Shown: piece after piece, positions 63,884 through 64,000 of the stretch
Numbering within the stretch: the stretch's first letter is position 1
How the letters are laid out: the number at the start of each line of letters is the position of its first letter
DNA from: Mobula birostris
Lineage: Eukaryota
DNA length: 64,000 nt
NCBI RefSeq assembly: GCF_030028105.1
Contig: NC_092375.1
Span: 145,823,415-145,887,414, forward strand
Direction: 5' to 3'
Notes under the pieces: model-generated
Told to the model about the DNA's origin: nothing
Database searches by the model: none
Seen by the model: the letters and a program-made list of their open reading frames with translations, nothing else
Position numbers and translations under genes: made by a program

Positions 63884-64000
63884 TAACCATATAACCATAT
63901 AACAATTACAGCATGGAAATAGGCCATCTCGGCCCTTCTAGTCCGTGCCAAACTCTTACTCTCACCTAGTCCCACTGACCTGCACTCAGCCCATAACCCT
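63884..64000 (-). mobile_element. 3' end of a CR1 LINE (same family as 44575)
   Basis: (ATGGTTAT)n tail and near-identity to 44575-44695. Confidence 0.85.

Noticed and set aside
1-64000. CRISPR arrays, operons, retrons or other prokaryotic defence systems
   Set aside because: The sequence is intron-containing vertebrate DNA. All RT domains belong to LINE or LTR elements, and no repeat-spacer array is visible.

Overview
Eukaryotic, repeat-dense vertebrate DNA, most likely from a cartilaginous fish (inferred from the crystallin type and repeat families). The host content is part of a gamma-crystallin cluster. It has two intact 3-exon genes on + (23353-26195 and 40696-43295, 175 aa each), one frameshifted gene on - (52848-55997, 43-bp deletion in exon 2) and two orphan exon-3 relics split by the same solo LTR. 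All three genes use a non-canonical GC donor after the 9-nt MGK exon. A tandem segmental duplication (copy A about 1-27500, copy B about 29698-44575) lets empty and filled insertion sites be compared directly. Copy A carries a 16.7-kb nest: an RTE LINE with an inverted 5' end, invaded by a Rex1 LINE, a Gmr1-type Gypsy (integrase before RT, SCAN-like gag) and an L1-clade LINE. Copy B carries a HERO/R2-like restriction-endonuclease element. The right third is mostly CR1 LINEs, one with a near-intact 953-aa ORF2, plus a ~390-bp foldback element. I found no prokaryote-type system, rRNA, tRNA gene or CRISPR. All coordinates were read by eye; TE family names come from remembered motifs, not database searches.
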